Shown here one piece after another: positions 57,163 through 64,000 of a stretch of DNA of 64,000 bases. This DNA comes from Chiloscyllium plagiosum (taxonomy: Eukaryota). The position numbers were made by a program, and so were the translations under genes. The stretch spans positions 1,198,906 to 1,262,905 of the forward strand of contig NW_025215381.1 of assembly GCF_004010195.1 (NCBI RefSeq). Reading direction: 5' to 3'. Positions within the stretch are counted from its first letter, which is position 1. Every line of letters begins with the position of its first letter. Under the pieces are notes generated by a model that searched no databases, had not been told where the DNA came from, and worked only from the letters and a program-made list of their open reading frames with translations.

Positions 57163-60100
57163 TAGAGTCATAGAGATGTACAGCATGGAAACAGACCCTT
57201 CGGTCCAACCCATCCATGCCGACCAGATATCCGAACCAAATCTAGTCCCACCTGCCAGCACCTGGCCCATATCCCTTCAAACCCTTCCTATTCACATACC
57301 CATCCAGATGCCTTTTAAATGTTGTAATTGTACCAGCCTCCACCACTTCCTCTGGCAGCTCATTCCATACACGTACCACCCTCTGCGTGAAAAAGTTGCC
57401 CCTTAGGTCTCTTTTATATCTTTCCCCTCTCACCCTCAACCAATACCCTCTAGTTCTGGACTCCCTGACCCCAGGGAAAGGACTTTGTCTATTTATCCTA
57501 TCCATGCCCCTCATAATTTTGTAAACCTATATAAGGTCACCCCTCAGCCTCTGCTCCAGGGAAAACAGCCCCAGCCTGTTCAGCCTCTCCCTGTTGCTAA
57601 AATCCTCCAACCCTGGCAACATCCTTGTAAATCTTTTCTGAGCCCTTTCAAGTTTCACAACATCTTTCCGATAAGAAGGAGACCAGAACTGCACGCAATA
57701 TTCCAACAGTGGCCTAACCAATGTCGTGTACAGCCGCAACATGACTTCCCAACTCCTGTACTCAATACTCTGACCAATAAAGGAAAGCATACCAAACACC
57801 GCCTTCACTATCCTNNNNNNNNNNNNNNNNNNNNNNNNNNNNNNNNNNNNNNNNNNNNNNNNNNNNNNNNNNNNNNNNNNNNNNNNNNNNNNNNNNNNNN
57901 NNNNNNNNNNNNNNNNNNNNNNNNNNNNNNNNNNNNNNNNNNNNNNNNNNNNNNNNNNNNNNNNNNNNNNNNNNNNNNNNNNNNNNNNNNNNNNNNNNNN
58001 NNNNNNNNNNNNNNNNNNNNNNNNNNNNNNNNNNNNNNNNNNNNNNNNNNNNNNNNNNNNNNNNNNNNNNNNNNNNNNNNNNNNNNNNNNNNNNNNNNNN
58101 NNNNNNNNNNNNNNNNNNNNNNNNNNNNNNNNNNNNNNNNNNNNNNNNNNNNNNNNNNNNNNNNNNNNNNNNNNNNNNNNNNNNNNNNNNNNNNNNNNNN
58201 NNNNNNNNNNNNNNNNNNNNNNNNNNNNNNNNNNNNNNNNNNNNNNNNNNNNNNNNNNNNNNNNNNNNNNNNNNNNNNNNNNNNNNNNNNNNNNNNNNNN
58301 NNNNNNNNNNNNNNNNNNNNNNNNNNNNNNNNNNNNNNNNNNNNNNNNNNNNNNNNNNNNNNNNNNNNNNNNNNNNNNNNNNNNNNNNNNNNNNNNNNNN
58401 NNNNNNNNNATGATACAAATATCTCAGCAAGAGGCCCAGCAATCACTTCTCTAGCTTCCCACAGAGTTCCAGGTACACTTGATCAGGTCCTGGGTATTTA
58501 TCCCCCTTTTAACTGTTTCAAGACATCCAGCACTTTCTCCTCTGTAATCTGGACATTTTGCAAGATGTTCACCATCTATTTCCCTACAGTCTGTATCTTC
58601 CATATCCTCTTCCACAGTAAATATTGATGAAAAATATTCATTTAGTATCTCCCCCATTTTCTGTGGCTCCACACAAAGGTCACCTTGCTGATCTTTTGAG
58701 GGGCCCTATTCTATCCCGAGTTACCCTTTTGTCTTTAATATATTTGTAAAAACCCTTTGGATTCTCCTTAATTCTATTTGCCAAAGCTATCTCCTGTCTC
58801 CGTTTTGCCCTCCTGATTTCCCTCTTAAATGTACTCCTACTTTCTTTATACTCTACTAAGGATTCACTCGATCTATCCTGTCTATACCTGACATATGCTT
58901 CTTCTTTCTGAACCAAACCCTCAATTTCTTCAGTCATCCAGCATTCCCTATACCTACCAGCCTTCCCTTTATCCCTGACAGGGATATACTTTCTCTGGAT
59001 TCTCGTTATCTCATTTCTGAAGGCTTCCCATTTTCCAGCTGTCCCTTTACCTGCGAACATCTGCCTCCAATCAGATTTAGAAAGTTCTTGCCTAATACCG
59101 TCAAAATTGGCTTTTCTCCAATTTAGAACTTTAACTTTTAGATCTGGTCTATCCTTTTCCATCACTATTTTAAAAGGAATAGAATTATGGTCGCTGGCCC
59201 CAAAGTGCTCCCCCACTGACACCTCAGTCACCTGCCCTGCCTTATTTACTAAGAGTAGGTCAAATTTTGCACCTTCTGTAGTAGGTACATCCACATACTG
59301 AATCAGAAAATTGTCTTGTACACACTTAAGAAATTCCCCTCCATCTAAACCTTAACACCATGGCAGTCCCAGTCGATGTTTGGAAAGTTAAAATCCCCTA
59401 CCATGACTACCCTATTATTCTTACAGATAACTGAAATCTCCTTACAAGTTTGTTTCTCAATTTCCCTCTGACTATTAGGGGGTCTATAATATAATCCCAA
59501 TAAGGTGATCATGCCTTTCTTCTCTGTTCCACCCAAATAACTTCCCCGCATGTATGTCTGGGAATATCCTCCCTCAGCACAGCTGTACTGCTATCCCCTA
59601 TCAAAAATGCCACTCCCCCTCCTCTCTTGCGTCCCTTTCTATCCTTGCTGTAGCATTTGTATCCTGGAATATTAAACTGCCAGTCCTGTCCATCCCTGAG
59701 CCATGTTTCTGTAATTGTATGATATCTCCGGGCATGGTTAGGAACATGGGACTGAGTTCATCTGCCTTCCCTGTTAGACCCCTTGCATTGAAATAAATGC
59801 AGTTTAATTTATTAGTCCTATCTTGTCCATGCCTGCCCTGACGTTTGTCTGTCTGTCTCCGTCTCAGATCGATCTCTTTCCTCACAATCTCCCTGGGTCC
59901 CACCACCCCCCACCTTTTACTAGTTTAAATCCTCCCAAGCAGTTCTAGCAAATTTCCCTGCCAGTATATTAGTCCCCTTCCAATTTAGGTGCAATCCGTC
60001 CTTCTTGCACAGGTCACTTCTACCCCAAGAGAGATTCCAATGATCCAAAAATGTGAATCCTTCTCCCATACATCAGCTCCTCAGCCATGCATTCATCCGC

Positions 60101-60255
60101 TCTGTCCTCCTCTTCCTGCCCTCACTAGCTCGTAGTATTGGGAGTAATCCAGATATTACTACCCTCGAGGGCCTCCTTTTTAAATTTCTGCCTAACTCTC
60201 TAATCTCCCTTCAAAATCTCAACCTTTTCCCTTCCAATGTCGTTGGTTCCAATGT
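57163..60255 (-). mobile_element. Long CR1 LINE across gap (endonuclease + RT, frameshifted)
   Basis: LNCIYFNARGL, LGLYYRPPN, VMVGDFNFPNIDW, ASDHNSI, LLEYCVQFWSP. Confidence 0.92.
57815..58409. other. Assembly gap (N run)
   Basis: 595 N. Confidence 1.
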
Positions 60256-60880
60256 GTGTAAATCTATATTTTTAAAGATTTGTCTTCGAACTGTACTTTA
60301 ATGGCTGTGCCCAGGGTGGAACTATTTCCTATTGCAGAAGGACCTTCATCAATGTTGTTAATTGGTCCAAATAAAATACTGAAAGGAAATATGCCCGCTG
60401 ATGTTTGGGTTGTATTTAGTATACTAGATGTCTAGTTAAGACTTGACCAGCAACATTGTTCCATTTCTGGCACCACTTCTTGGGGAGGCTGTATTGACCT
60501 TGGATGGGGTCCAATGCAAATTCACCATAGCTTTAATTCATGAGGACTGGTTGCACAGTCTAATTGATTCTGCGATGATCTTTTTGAGGCATTTAAGATG
60601 ATTAAAGAATTTGATGGGGTCAATACAAAGTATTACCTTTTTGAAAGGATGGGTAACAAAGCCAAGGAAACAGCACCCTGAAATTCAAGCCAGGACGCTC
60701 AGGGTATTGTAACAAAGTACTTTTTTCACATGAAGTAAAGTGAAAAGTCTGGACATTCTTCCTCTAAAAAGAGAGCTATAAGACTGGGAAGTTGAACAAA
60801 ATTTTCAAAAGTGAAATTAATTTTCATTAAAAATGAACTGGCATAGTTGGAGTTGAGATACAGATTAACCAGAATGTAGT

Positions 60881-60988
60881 CAAGATTAGAGTGGTGCTGG
60901 GAAAGCACAGCAGGTCAGGTAGCATCTGAGGAGCAGGAAAATTGACATTTCAGGCAGGAACTCATCAGGAATGCTCCTCGGATGCTGC
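60881..60988 (-). mobile_element. Penelope terminal fragment, family 1, degenerate
   Basis: Imperfect 16-bp TSD TTAACCAG..(T/A)GTAGT at 60865-80 and 60989-61004; short inverted tail. Confidence 0.75.
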
Positions 60989-61202
60989 TTAACCAGGAAG
61001 TAGTTGAGCAATGGATCAGGTTAGATTGGTCAATTGATTGTCTTCTGCTTGTGCTCCTAACAGGGGCAGTAGTGTGGATTCTGGGTTGGCCTCCTATCCA
61101 AAGGCTGGGGAGAACTGAAATGGAAAAGGACTTGCCCCGAGCTTGTGATAGCATGACAGCTCCTTTACATACATTGGAATGAAATGAGATTGAGTATCCT
61201 GA

Positions 61203-63864
<2,662 letters not shown>

Positions 63865-64000
63865 TAATTACAAGACTTGCAAGGGTACTTTAAAGGAGTA
63901 ATAACCAGAAAGTTAATGTCGAACCTTGTAAAATGGGGCTAATGGTGAAACGTTTGGTTAATTAGATAATGAGCATTTTGAAGGTGGTGTGGAGGGCAGA

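Overview
Vertebrate genomic DNA, almost certainly from a shark or other elasmobranch (inferred from HE1-type SINEs and their CR1 partner LINEs). The window lies inside one + strand gene, a Mi-2 family chromatin remodeller best matching CHD3. I traced 28 consecutive coding exons (10047-63762, 4167 nt, 1389 codons, frame continuous) covering PHD2, both chromodomains, the SNF2 ATPase/helicase, the DUF1087/DUF1086 region and the start of CHDCT2; both gene ends lie outside the window. Introns are full of CR1, L1/Tx1 and Rex1 LINE fragments, SINEs, TA-flanked MITEs and Penelope-derived fold-back elements. Three things stand out. (1) An intronic hybrid C/D-H/ACA scaRNA (SCARNA21-like, 49831-50107) whose guides predict Gm18 and Psi19 in the branch-site-pairing region of U12 snRNA. 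(2) The same gene has a U12-type intron (61373-63629) with a LINE ending just upstream of its branch site. (3) Three families of short TSD-flanked Penelope-type elements carry minimal hammerhead ribozyme motifs, intact mainly on the antisense strand. Two N gaps (3644-4416, 57815-58409) fall inside LINEs. Comparisons with human sequences are from memory, not database searches.
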